A DNA stretch of 64,000 nt from positions 6,701 to 70,700 of the forward strand of contig CAVZPE010000025.1 in assembly GCA_963776915.1 (NCBI GenBank). The letters are read 5' to 3'. Source of the stretch: an uncultured Acidobacteriota bacterium (lineage in GTDB: Bacteria; Acidobacteriota; Thermoanaerobaculia; UBA5066). Shown here piece after piece: positions 21,359 to 33,728 of the stretch. The position numbers were made by a program, and so were the translations under genes. The notes beneath the pieces are model-generated. The model worked only from the letters and a program-made list of their open reading frames with translations, searched no databases and was not told where the DNA came from. Within the stretch, counting starts at the first letter, position 1; each line of letters starts with the position of its first letter.

Positions 21359-22974
21359 TCAGGCCCGGACCGCGACGGCGCGACCGTCCGGCGTCTCGAG
21401 GCGGGTGCCCTCGGGCTCGGTCGGCTGCGGCCGATACGTCGCCCGCCGCCGGCGGATGCCCGTCCCACCAGCGCTCGGCGTCCTCGCGCGACCAGCGCCC
21501 GGCCGACGACGTCGCCGCGAGACGCGCCTCGAGAACGCGCGCGCCCTCGGGCCGGTCCGACGGGTCCTTGGCGAGACAGTCGAGGAGGATCGCCTCGAGG
21601 TCGGCCGGGACGGGCGTCGCGACGCGCCGGGACGGCGGGATGGGCGGCGTGGACGTGTGGTCGTGGAGCGTCTCGAGCGCCGTCTTCCTGTCGAAGACGG
21701 GCTGGCCCGTCAGGAGGTAAGTAGCCCACGCACCCGAGCGCGTAGAGGTCCGCGCGCCCGTCCACGTCCTTGCCGAGCGCCATCTCGGGCGGCATGAAGG
21801 CCGGAGTTCCGGCGATGAGCCCCGTCTGCGTGAGGTTCGAGCCGCCGCCCGAGGACACGTCCTTCACGAGGCCGAAGTCCACGACCTTCACGAAGTCCGC
21901 CTCGCCGCCGTACCGGCAGAGGAAGATGTTCCCGGGCTTGATGTCGCGGTGGACGAGGCCCGTCCCGTGCGCCTCGGCGAGGGAGCGGCAGGCCTGCCGG
22001 AGGATGTGGACGACGCGCGCGGGCACGAGCGGCCCGTGGCGCTCGACGAGACGGTCGAGCGTGTAGCCGTCGAGGAGCTCCATGACGTAGTAGAAGGCGC
22101 CGTCGTCCGAGCGACCGAAATCGTAGAGCTGGACCGTGTGCGGCGAGCGCAGGCCGGCCGTCGCCTTCGCCTCGCGCTCGAAACGCGCGACGAGCTCGCG
22201 CGGCACTCCGCCGTCTCCCGCGCGGACGAGCTTGATGGCGGCGTCGCGCGCGAGCATCCGGTGCTCGGCGCGCCAGACCTCCCCCATCCCGCCGTGCCCG
22301 AGCAGCGCGACGAGCCGGTAGCTCCCGAGCTCCTCGGCCTTTCCCGCCTGCGCCGAGAGCCGGTAGACGATGCGCGAGCCGATGATCGCGATCACGGCCG
22401 CGACGACCGTCGGGAGGAACGTCGCGAACGCGATCTCGACGTGCGGCGCCTTCTGGTACCCCAGCGCGATCGCGACGAGAAGGCCCGCGGGGTCCATGAG
22501 CGCGGTCGCGGTGGTCGCGAGCGCCGTCTTGCCCCGCGTGGAGGGGACGAGGAGCGTGAAGGCGATGATCCAGACCGACACCGACGACCACCCCTTCGGC
22601 AGGGCGTCCGTCGCCGCGGGGATCGAGTGGTAGACGATGCCGAAGAGGAAGCCCATCGCGACCTCGAAGACGAGCGCGCGATCGAGGAGCTCGTTCGGCT
22701 CCAGGCCCGCGCGGCGGGTGAGGGCGAACATCCCGAGCGAGGCGACGACGACGGCGGCCTCGCCGAAGAGCACGATCCCGGGGTACGCGGGCCTCCCGGC
22801 GTGCGCGGCGACCACGTGCATCGCGACCGAGAACACGGGCATGATCGCCGCCGTCATCAGGCCGACGTAGCCGAGACGCCGCACGCCCGCCGCGAGGAGC
22901 TCGGGCGGGAGCGTCTCGCGGACGCGCGACGCCGTCGAGGGCGTCGGGGTCTCGGCCTTCCGGCAGCGCGGCAT
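21359..22974 (-). CDS. Membrane Ser/Thr protein kinase (multi-TM N-terminus); frameshift near 21715
   Basis: LGHGGMGEV, AIK, HRDIKPGN, DFGL, GTPAFMPPE. Confidence 0.9.
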
Positions 22975-23058
22975 GGCGGCTATTCTGAACCGACCCCGGC
23001 AACGGGGAGGAGTCCGCGCTTATTCCCGGCGCACCCGGCCCGCGGTAGCCTCACCTGC

Positions 23059-24017
23059 GTGCCCGAGCTCCCGGACGTCGTCGTCTACGCCGAGCACCTC
23101 GAGCGCCTGCTGAAGGGCGCCGTCCTGCGGAAGGTGCGCCTCGCGAGCCCGTTCGTCCTGAGGTCGGTCGCGCCGCCCCTCGCCTCGATCGAGGGCCGGG
23201 CGCTGCGAGGGGTGTCCCGGCTCGGGAAACGCCTCGTATTCTTCTTTGAAGGGGAAGAGGGGGATTCGAACCAGGAGCGCGACCGCGACGGTGACTTTTC
23301 CTCGTCCTGCACCTCATGATCGCGGGGCGCCTTCGATGGAGGGCCGGCGTCGCCCCTCTTCCCATTCCAAAGAAAATCGGTCTTCTCTCTCTTTCTCTTC
23401 GACCACGGGACTCTCCTTCTCACCGAGGCGAGCCCGAAGAAGCGCGCGTGGGTGCGCGTCGTCTCCGGCCGCGACGCGCTCGGAGCCCTCGACCCCGGCG
23501 GCCTCGAGCCGCTCGAGGCGTCGCGCGAGGCGTTCGTCGCGCGCCTGCGCAGCGAGAACCACACGCTGAAGCGCGCGCTCACGGACCCGACGCTCTTCTC
23601 GGGGATCGGGAACGCGTACTCGGACGAGATCCTGCACGCCGCGAGGCTCTCTCCCGTCGCGCTCACGTCGCGCCTGACGGACGCCGAGGTCGGCGCGCCT
23701 CTTCGACGCGACGCGAACGACCCTCCTCGAGTGGACCGACCGCCTGCGGCGCGACGCCGGAGAGACGTTTCCGGAAAAGGTCACGGCGTTCCGCGCGGAC
23801 ATGGCCGTGCACGGGAAGTTCGGCAAGCCGTGTCCCGCGGTGCGGGACCGCCGTCCAGCGCATCGTCTACGCCGCGAACGAGACGAACTACTGCCCGGCG
23901 TGCCAGACGGGCGGCAGGCTCCTCGCGGATCGTTCCCTCTCGCGCCTCCTCCACGGCGACTGGCCGAAGAGCCTCGAAGAGATGGAAGAAAGAATGAAGA
24001 ACGAGAAGATCTCCTAG
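23059..24017 (+). CDS. Fpg/Nei-family DNA glycosylase (several frameshifts)
   Basis: PELPDV N-terminus, [23 protein letters not shown] (H2TH), zinc finger CP..C / YCPACQ. Confidence 0.9.
23236..23378. repeat. Inverted pair of dispersed motif (locus 3, inside Fpg CDS)
   Basis: GTATTCTTCTTTGAAGGGGAAGAGGGG (from 23236) ... CCCCTCTTCCCATTCCAAAGAAAATC (23353-23378). Confidence 0.75.
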
Positions 24018-24093
24018 AAGGTGAAGAGGAAGAGGGGGAGGAGAGCCGCCTGCCCTCTTCCCCCTCTAGGAAAATCTTCTTCTCTCTCATTCT
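23991..24093. repeat. Inverted pair of dispersed motif (locus 4, between convergent genes; possible terminator)
   Basis: AGAATGAAGAACGAGAAGATCTCCTAGAAGGTGAAGAGG ... CCCTCTTCCCCCTCTAGGAAAATCTTCTTCTCTCTCATTCT. Confidence 0.85.
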
Positions 24094-25386
24094 TCAGCCC
24101 GCCGCGGGCCACTCGTAGTCGCGCACGGACGCCGCGCGCCACGCGATGAACGCCGCCACGAGGATCGTGCCGACGCCCCCGGAGACGACGGCGAACGTCG
24201 CACCCATCGCCGCCGAGGCGAAAAGGCTCGCGACGAAGCCCGCCTCGAGCTCGCCGAGCTGCGGCCCGCCCATGAAGAAGATCATGTTGACGCCCGTCAT
24301 GCGCCCGCGGAGGGCGTCGGGCGTCACGAGCTGTCGCACGGTCTGGCGCACGACCGTCGAGATCGTGTCCGTCAGCCCGACGAGCGCGAGCGCCGCGAGG
24401 GTGAGCGCGAAGCTCCGCGAGAGGCCGAAGACGACCGTCACCGCCCCGTACGCGGCCACGGCCCACAGGAAGACGCGGCCCTGCCGGCGCGGCAGGCCGC
24501 GCACGGACGTGAAGACCGACGCGGCGAGCGCGCCGATCCCCGGCGCCGCGCGCAGCCAGCCGTAGCCGGCCGGACCGACGAGGAGGACCCGGTCCGCGAA
24601 GATCGGGAGGAGCGACATCGAGCCCGCGAAGAACGTCGCGAAGAAGTCCAGCGTCATCGTCCAGACGAGGATGGGCGTCGAGAAGACGAACTTCAGCCCC
24701 TCGCGCAGCGACTCGAGCGGCCGGTCGGCCGCGCCCTCGGCGCGCTCCACACGCCCGGATGCGCGGAGCGTCGCGAGCGTCGCGAGGACGCCCGCGAAGG
24801 AGACCGCGTTCAGGAAGTAGACGAAGGCGAGGCCGCCCGTGTTGACGTGCGCGCCCGCCGCGGGCGCGGCGTGGGCGGCGCCCGCGAGGATCAGGCCCGT
24901 GAGCGCGGGCCCTCCGATCGCCGCGAGCTGGAACGCCGACAGGAGGATCGCGAGCGCGCCGGGCAGCTCCTCCCTGGGCACGAGGCGCGGGACGAGCGAC
25001 TGGCGGGCCGGGTTGTCGAACGCCCCCGCCGCCGACGTGCAGGCCGTGAGCAGGTAGACGACCCAGACGGGGTCGCGGCCGAGGACCGTCGCCGTGCCGA
25101 GCGCGAGGGCGACGAGCATCATCGCGGTCTGCGTCGCGAGCATGACGCGGCGGCGGTCCCGCCGGTCCGCGACGAGGCCGCCGACGAGCGACAGCGCCAC
25201 GATCGGGAGGACGCGCACGAGCCCCACGAGCCCGAGCGCGAGAGGCGAGCGCGTGAGGACCCAGACGTGCCAGTCGATCGCGACGTTCTGCATCTGCGAC
25301 CCCACGAGCGACACGAGCTGCGTGATCGCGAGGCGGCGGAAGTCGCGGTGCTTCAGCGCGTCGTACGGGCGCGGAGCGGGCGGCAC
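24094..25386 (-). CDS. MFS transporter (EntS/MFS_3-like)
   Basis: [35 protein letters not shown]. Confidence 0.9.
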   Translation of the reverse strand: MPPAPRPYDALKHRDFRRLAITQLVSLVGSQMQNVAIDWHVWVLTRSPLALGLVGLVRVLPIVALSLVGGLVADRRDRRRVMLATQTAMMLVALALGTATVLGRDPVWVVYLLTACTSAAGAFDNPARQSLVPRLVPREELPGALAILLSAFQLAAIGGPALTGLILAGAAHAAPAAGAHVNTGGLAFVYFLNAVSFAGVLATLATLRASGRVERAEGAADRPLESLREGLKFVFSTPILVWTMTLDFFATFFAGSMSLLPIFADRVLLVGPAGYGWLRAAPGIGALAASVFTSVRGLPRRQGRVFLWAVAAYGAVTVVFGLSRSFALTLAALALVGLTDTISTVVRQTVRQLVTPDALRGRMTGVNMIFFMGGPQLGELEAGFVASLFASAAMGATFAVVSGGVGTILVAAFIAWRAASVRDYEWPAAG

Positions 25387-25410
25387 GGAGCGGAGTCTAC
25401 GGGCGGGGCG

Positions 25411-26238
25411 TCAGATCGTCTTCAGCCAGTCCGACACGTCCGCGACCATCCTGTCCCACGACGGCGAGACGTAGAGGACCGGCTGGTACTGCGTCGGGTC
25501 GTAGGGCCGCGCCGAGGCGTCCGCGAAGTCCAGCTCCCGGAGCTCGGCCTCGGTCGTCATGCGCTCCATCTCGCCGAAGGACGAGAGGACCCCCGCGCCG
25601 TACGTCCGGAGCGCGCCGCCCTCCTCGACGAGGCCGAACTCGAGCGTGTACCAGTACACGAGCTCGAGCCGCCGCATCCCCTCGTCGCTTGCGCGCGCGG
25701 CGGCCTCGCCGAACAGGCGCGAGAGCCGGACGACGTCCGGATGGAACAGGCTCGCCGCGTGCCCGACGAGCTCGTGGATGACGTCCGGCTCGGGCGTGTA
25801 GAACGGAACCGAATGGTGACGCATGTACTGCGTCGAGAGGAAGACGCCCTGGGCCATCGCCGAGAGGAAGCCGCGGCCCTGGATGAGGCCCGCGACCGGG
25901 AGCATCCGGAAGCCGGAGCGCTCGAGCGTCACGTCGACGTCCGCGAGCTGCGGCACGCGCGTCCGGTCCAGCGAGAGGACCTTCGAGCTCTCGCGCCATT
26001 CCCGGCACGCGTGCGTCTCGTGCAGCGGGCCGAGGCGCTCCCACGTGAGCCTCCAGACGGCCTGCTCCTCGGGCGTGTAGTCGACGCGCGGGACGGGCTG
26101 GCCCTCCCGGTATTCGAGGGCGAGCCGCGCGATCTCGTTCCGCCTCGTCCGGTACACGGGATCCTTGAACCCCGGGTGGTCCGGGTCGAGGCGGACGATC
26201 TCGCCTTCCGTGGCGAGCACGTCGGAGAGATTCTTCAC
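25411..26238 (-). CDS. phhA: Phenylalanine 4-monooxygenase
   Basis: DHPGFKD, FLSTQYMRH, YTPEPDVIHELVGH, YWYTLEFGL, YGAGVLSS. Confidence 0.93.
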   Translation of the reverse strand: MKNLSDVLATEGEIVRLDPDHPGFKDPVYRTRRNEIARLALEYREGQPVPRVDYTPEEQAVWRLTWERLGPLHETHACREWRESSKVLSLDRTRVPQLADVDVTLERSGFRMLPVAGLIQGRGFLSAMAQGVFLSTQYMRHHSVPFYTPEPDVIHELVGHAASLFHPDVVRLSRLFGEAAARASDEGMRRLELVYWYTLEFGLVEEGGALRTYGAGVLSSFGEMERMTTEAELRELDFADASARPYDPTQYQPVLYVSPSWDRMVADVSDWLKTI

Positions 26239-26308
26239 GGCGGCCAGGCGCTCCTCGCTCCCCGGGTATCGTAATGCGAAAAGCGCGCCGGGCACAGCGG
26301 CGCGGCGT

Positions 26309-26968
26309 TCAGAGCGCGTCCAGGAGCGCCGCGCGCTTGCGCCTGTACTCCTCCTCGGTGATCACGCCGGTCTTGAGGAGGCGCTCGGCTTCCTTCAGCC
26401 GCTCTTCGACCGAGGCTCGGGCGGGCGGCGCGCCCGCATCGCGCCCGCCGAGCCCGTCCGTGTCGGCCGAACGCGGGCGGGTGTGCGTGATGAGGACGTT
26501 GCGAAACTCCTCCGGATGGAGGATGCGCGGGAAGACGACGGTGCTGTCGGTGCCGGCTCCCTGTAATTCCACGTCGCCATAGGAGAGCCAGCGGCCGCCG
26601 AGCGTCGACGTGACGTTCACGTCCTGCACTTTCTCGAGCGGGATCTGACGCACGCTTCGCGTGACGAATCCGCTCTTGCGGATGACACGAAAGGACGTGA
26701 TGGCGAACTCGTCGAAGGAATCGGCGAGGCCGCGCCAGGCCATCGCGAGGATGCCGGCGAGGAACAGGACGCCCGCGACGAGGAAGAGGGGAGTCCGCAG
26801 GCCGGGCTCCGTGCCTCCCGGCTGGGCCGGGAGAAGCAGGCCGCTTGCCGCCGCGAGAACCACGCCGAGGACGGCAACAGACGCTCCCGGGACGAACCGC
26901 ACCCAGTGATATCGCGCCTCGAGCAGGATTTCTTCACCCGGCGCGAGGTTCTTCACGACGTATGACAT
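26309..26968 (-). CDS. Membrane protein with bacterial PH (bPH_2) and C-terminal SHOCT domains
   Basis: Two TMs; IPLEKVQDVNV...YGDV; L..G.ITEEEYRRKRAALL. Confidence 0.8.
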   Translation of the reverse strand: MSYVVKNLAPGEEILLEARYHWVRFVPGASVAVLGVVLAAASGLLLPAQPGGTEPGLRTPLFLVAGVLFLAGILAMAWRGLADSFDEFAITSFRVIRKSGFVTRSVRQIPLEKVQDVNVTSTLGGRWLSYGDVELQGAGTDSTVVFPRILHPEEFRNVLITHTRPRSADTDGLGGRDAGAPPARASVEERLKEAERLLKTGVITEEEYRRKRAALLDAL

Positions 26969-27083
26969 CCGGCGCCATCATAGGAGAGGTGCGGGATCAC
27001 CCGGTACGCGACGAGCCGCGCCCGCGGCGCGCGGAGCTCCGTGCGCCTGGCGTAGCATCGCGGTCCATCCCCGGAGGTCGCAT

Positions 27084-28505
27084 ATGCATCGAGCGCTGGC
27101 CGCCTTCCTCGTCGCGCCCCTCGTCCTCTCCGCCCCGTCCGCGAGGGCGGCTTCCCCGTCCGCCGAGGCGAAGGCGATCGTCGAGGAGCTCGTCGCCTGC
27201 GGGACGCGCCATTCGCTCTCGTCGTGGACGGACCCCAAGCGCGGGATCGGCTGCGGGCGCGACGCCGTGGTCCGCCGCTTCGACGCGGTCGAGAAGGAAA
27301 CCGGCGGCAAGCTCCGCGTCGTCGTCGACTCGTACGAGACGACCGGCCCGCGGACCCGGAACGCGCCCGTCCACATGGAGAACGTCTACGCGATCCTCGG
27401 GGGAACCGATCCCGTGCTCTCGAAGACCGCCTTCGTGGTCTCGGGCCACTACGACTCGATGCCGTCCGACATCATGGATCCGGCGTCCGATGCGCCCGGC
27501 GCCGACGACGACGCCTCGGGCACCGCGGCCTCCATCCTCGCCTCGCGCGCCCTCGGGGCGACGCCCGCCCGGGCGACTCTGATCTTCGCGGCCGTGGCGG
27601 GCGAGGAGCAGGGCCTCCTCGGGTCGAAGCGGATGCTCGCGTGGCTCGGGACCCACGGCTACGCCGTCGGCGGGATGATCACGTGCGACATCGTCGGGGC
27701 GACGAACGGGAGCCCTGACCGCCGTGTGCGCGTGTTCTCCGAGGGCGGGCCCGACGGCATCGACTCGCCCGGGCGGCAGATGGCGCGCCTCGTCGAGGAC
27801 GTGAACGGAAAGGACAGGGTCCGCCTGATCTTCCGCCTCGACCGCTTCGGCCGCGGCGGCGACCACCGGCCGTTCGCCGAGGCGGGGCTTCCCGCCGTGC
27901 GCTTCACCGAACCGCTCGAGGACTACCGGCACGAGCACCAGACGCCCCGCACGGAGAACGGCGTCGAGTACGGCGACCTGCCTAAGTTCATGGACTTCGA
28001 CTTCGTCGCCGAGACCGCGGACGTCGTCGCGAAGACGCTCGCGGAGATGGCGAACGCGCCCGCCCCTCCCAGGAGGGTGACGCTTGGCGGAGCCGTCACG
28101 CCGAATTCGGAGATTTTCTTAGAAGGTAATAGGGATGCGGAGCGCGCGGGGTACGAAATTCTCTGGAGAGAAACCACCGAGGCCCGCTGGTCCGTCGTGA
28201 AGACCGTCGAGGCGAACGCGCCCGCGGCGCAGGCGTCTGCCGGCGCGTCGCCGGCCGCCTCGGGCGCGCCGGCCGCACCCCAGCCTCCCTCTTCTCCACT
28301 CGAAGAAAATCTTTCTCTGGTTCTTTCTTCGATTTCGACCGACAACCACTACTTCGCCGCGCGGAGCGTCGGGAAGAACGGGAGACGGAGCATCGCCGTT
28401 CCGGCCGTCGCCGCCGTGCGCCATCCGCCCGGATTCGTCTCCGCCCCGGCGCCGTGGGTGACGCCGCCGCCCGTGACGCGGCCGGCCGGACCGCCGGTGA
28501 AGTAG
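27084..28505 (+). CDS. Secreted M28 family peptidase
   Basis: SGHYDS, GADDDASG, GEEQGLLGS, GGDH, HEH. Confidence 0.9.
   Translation: MHRALAAFLVAPLVLSAPSARAASPSAEAKAIVEELVACGTRHSLSSWTDPKRGIGCGRDAVVRRFDAVEKETGGKLRVVVDSYETTGPRTRNAPVHMENVYAILGGTDPVLSKTAFVVSGHYDSMPSDIMDPASDAPGADDDASGTAASILASRALGATPARATLIFAAVAGEEQGLLGSKRMLAWLGTHGYAVGGMITCDIVGATNGSPDRRVRVFSEGGPDGIDSPGRQMARLVEDVNGKDRVRLIFRLDRFGRGGDHRPFAEAGLPAVRFTEPLEDYRHEHQTPRTENGVEYGDLPKFMDFDFVAETADVVAKTLAEMANAPAPPRRVTLGGAVTPNSEIFLEGNRDAERAGYEILWRETTEARWSVVKTVEANAPAAQASAGASPAASGAPAAPQPPSSPLEENLSLVLSSISTDNHYFAARSVGKNGRRSIAVPAVAAVRHPPGFVSAPAPWVTPPPVTRPAGPPVK
28110..28314. repeat. Inverted pair of dispersed motif (locus 5, inside M28 CDS)
   Basis: GAGATTTTCTTAGAAGGTAATAGGG (28110-28134) ... 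CCCTCTTCTCCACTCGAAGAAAATCTTT (28287-28314). Confidence 0.8.
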
Positions 28506-28512
28506 GAAGCGC

Positions 28513-30300
<1,788 letters not shown>

Positions 30301-30303
30301 GCC

Positions 30304-33057
30304 TCAGCGCGAGGCGAGCTCGAGCGCCTTCTCGACCGCCGGCAGGCGCGGATGGTCGGGCTTGAGCTTCCGGTACGTCGCGGCGGACCCGGCGAGAAGC
30401 GCGCGCGCCTCGGCGCGCGGCGCGTCCCCCGGTTTTTTCGCGAGCGTCGCCCCGAGCTCGTACCGCGTGAGCGCCACCGCGAGGCTCTCGTCTCCGAACA
30501 GCTTCGTCTGCGCCGCGAGCGCGCGCCGCAGCTCGGCCTCCGACTCGTCGAGACGGCCGCACCCGCGGAGGATCGCGCCGAGCCGCGCCCGCGCCTCGGA
30601 CGTCTCGCGCCCGTCGGGTCCGCCGACCTCCTCGAGCTTCGCGACGGCCGTGCGCTGGAGCGCCTCGGCCTCCCGGAGGCGCCCCTGCAGCGCGACCTGC
30701 TCGGCGAGGTTCGACGTCGACTGCCAGACGAACGGGTGCTTCTCGCCGAGCACCTCGCGAAAGAGGGCGACGACCTCGCCGAGGAGGGCCTCCGCGCGCG
30801 CATGGTCGCCGCGGCGGGACGCGATGAGCGCGAGCCCGTTCGTGCACTTGCCGACCTCGAAGTGCTTCGGGTCGACGCCCTGGAAGATGGCGAGCGCCGC
30901 CTTGTAGTACGCCTCCGACTCGTCGAGCCGGCCCTGGTTCAGGCAGAACAGCGCGTAGAGCTGCAGCGTCTGGCCGGTCGCGACGTGCGCCGGCCCCAGG
31001 GACGTCTTCCGCACCTCGAGCGAGCGCCGGAACAGGCGGTCGGCCTCGCCGAAGCGCGCGCGGCGCTCGAGCAGGACGGCGCGGTTCAGGTAGCTCTGGC
31101 CGAGCGCCGGGTGCTCGGCCCCGAGGCGTGCGCTCGAGGACGGCCTCGGACCGCGCATAGGCGCGCTCGGCCTCGTCGAGCCTGTCCTGCTCCTCGAGGA
31201 GGACGCCGAGGTTCCGGAGGTGGATCGCCGTGAGCGGATCGTCGTCGCCGAGCTCGCGGCGGTACGCCTCCCACACGAGCCGCTCGGACGCCTCCGCGTC
31301 GGCGACGCGGCCCTTCCAGAACAGGACCTGCCCGTGGTCGCTGCGCGCGCGGGCCGTCGTGAGGCTGTCGGGGCCCTCCCGGGCCTCGAGGATGCGCAGA
31401 GCCGCCTCGAGCTGCTTCTCGGCCTCGTCGAGCTTGCCCTCGCCCATGAGCGCGGAGCCGAGGACGGCGAGGCTGCTCCCGATCGCCGCGTCCCCGGGGC
31501 CGAACCGCGCCCTCCGGATCCGGAGGGACTTCTCCGCGAGCGCGCGCGACGACGCGAGCCGACCGAGGCTGCGGTCGATGCGCGCGACGGTCTCGAGGAG
31601 CTCGGCGAGGACCTCCGGCTCGTTCGTCAGGCCCGTCTGAAGGCGGCGCGCTCCCTCGTCGAGAACCTGCGCGGCCGTCAACGTCTGCCCCGCCGACTGC
31701 TCGGGGTCCGCGACCTCGAAGAGGCTGACGAGGAATTCCTTGACCCGTGCGGCGCGATGCGCCTGGGCCGACGCCTCGGCCGCGGCCTCGCGCGCCTTCT
31801 TCGCCTGCCAGGACGTCCCCGCGAGGCCGGCGACGAGCGCGACGAGGACGAGCGCCGACGCGCCGACCATCGTGCGGTGCCGCCGCACGAACTTCCCCGT
31901 CCGGTAGCCGAGCGTGTCGGGCCGCGCGGAGACGGGGCGCCCCTCGAGGACGCGCCGGAGGTCCCCGGAGAGAAGAGCCGCGGATGCGTAACGGCGGTCG
32001 GGCTCGCGCCTCAGGCACTTCAGGAGCACGGCGTCGAGGTCGCCCGCGAGCCGCTCGGGCAGCCGCCCGGCCTCGCGCGCGTCGAATCCGGCCGCCGCGG
32101 CGCCCCGGGACGCGGCCCGGCTCGGCCTGTCGACCGTCTCGGAGTCGAGCCGCGCCGCGAGCTCCGCGGCCGGAACGCCGCGCCGGTCGTGCGGAAGCAC
32201 CCCGGTCAGGAGCTGGTAGCCGAGGACGCCGAGCGCGTACACGTCCGTCGCCGTCGTGACGGGCTCGCCGAGGATCTGCTCGGGCGCCGCGTACGCGGGC
32301 GTCAGGACGCGCTCGTCGACGCGCGTGTGCTCCGGGTCCGCCTCCGTCTCGGCGAGGACCTTCGCGATCCCGAAGTCGAGCAGCTTCACCGTCCCGTCCC
32401 CGGTCACGAGGACGTTCGAGGGCTTGATGTCGCGGTGGACGACGAGGCGGCGGTGAGCCGCGTCCACGGCGTCGCAGCAGGTCGCGAGAAGCGCGACGCG
32501 CGCCGGGAGCGGAGGGCGCGCGCGGAGCAGTACGCGTCGATCGGCTTGCCGTCGACGTACTCGAGGACGAAGTACGGCCGGCCGGCCGCCGTCCCGCCGT
32601 CGAGGAGGCGCGCGATGTTCGGGTGCTCGAGGCGCGCGAGGACCTGCCGCTCGCGCAGGAAGCGCAGGCGGATCGAGTCGGAGTCGATCCCGCGGCGGAG
32701 GAGCTTCAGGGCGGCCCGGTGCTCGAACGCCCCGTCCGAGCGCTCCGCGAGGTAGACGTCGCCCATGCCGCCGCGCCCGAGGAGCGCGAGGAGGCGCCAC
32801 GCGCCAACGGCGTCCCCGCTCTCGTCCGGCGCGCCCGCGGCGTCCGCGTCGAGGAGCCCGCGCACGAGATGGGGCGCCCAGGCCGCGGCGTCGCCCTCGA
32901 GGAAGCCTCCGGCGGCCGCGTCCGCGTCGAGCAGGCGGCGGACGGCGGACGCCAGGTGCGGGTCGCGCCGGGCCGCGGCGCCGAGCGCGGCCTCCCGGGC
33001 GGGCGCCGGCAGGTCGACGACCTCCTCGAACAGGGCCCGCGCGTCGCGATCCGTCAT
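30304..33057 (-). CDS. Ser/Thr kinase with TM and C-terminal TPR array (frameshifts near 32510 and 31130)
   Basis: [32 protein letters not shown]; kinesin-light-chain-like TPRs; ATGA overlap with the ECF gene. Confidence 0.88.
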
Positions 33058-33664
33058 GCCGGGAACCCCCGCCCGGCGAGCTCCTGGAACAGGATCGCCC
33101 GCGCCGCGCGCCAGTGCCGCTTCACCGTGCGGTCCGAGACCCCGAGCGTCTCGGCGATCTCCTCGACCGAGAGCCCGCCGAAGAACCGCCACTCGACGAT
33201 CCGCGCGAGGTCCGGGTCCGTCGCCTCGAGCCTCACGAGCGCCTCGTCGAGCGCGACGAGCTCCTCGGGGCGCTCGGCGGCCGCCACGTCGCCCTCCTCG
33301 AGGGCGTGCACGGCCGCGCCGCCCCCGCGCTTGGCGCGCAGGCGGCTCCGCGCGTGGTCGATCAGGACGAGGCGCATCGCGCGGGCCGTCGTCGCGAAGA
33401 AGTGGAACCGGTCGCGGAGGGAGAGGGACGCGCCCTGCGACAGCTTCAGGTACGCCTCGTGGACGAGCGCCGTCGTGTCGAGGGTGGCCTGGGCGGCCCC
33501 CGCGGCGAGCTGCCGCCGCGCGATCCGGCGCAGCTCGCCGTAGACCGACTCGAACAGGCGGTCCATCGCGGCGCGGTCCCCCCCTCGACGGCGCGCAGGA
33601 GCGCCGTGATGTCCTCCGTCACGGGGTGCGCGGCCGGGGCCGGCCGGGGGTCCTCGGTGGCCAT
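33054..33664 (-). CDS. ECF sigma factor of the kinase-associated (TIGR02999-like) type; frameshift near 33575
   Basis: DITALL...[45 protein letters not shown]. Confidence 0.9.
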
Positions 33665-33728
33665 GCGGAGAGTGCGTCTCTTTCCGCGGAGGATAGCCGA
33701 AGACCGGGGCGGCCCCGCCCGCCCGGGG

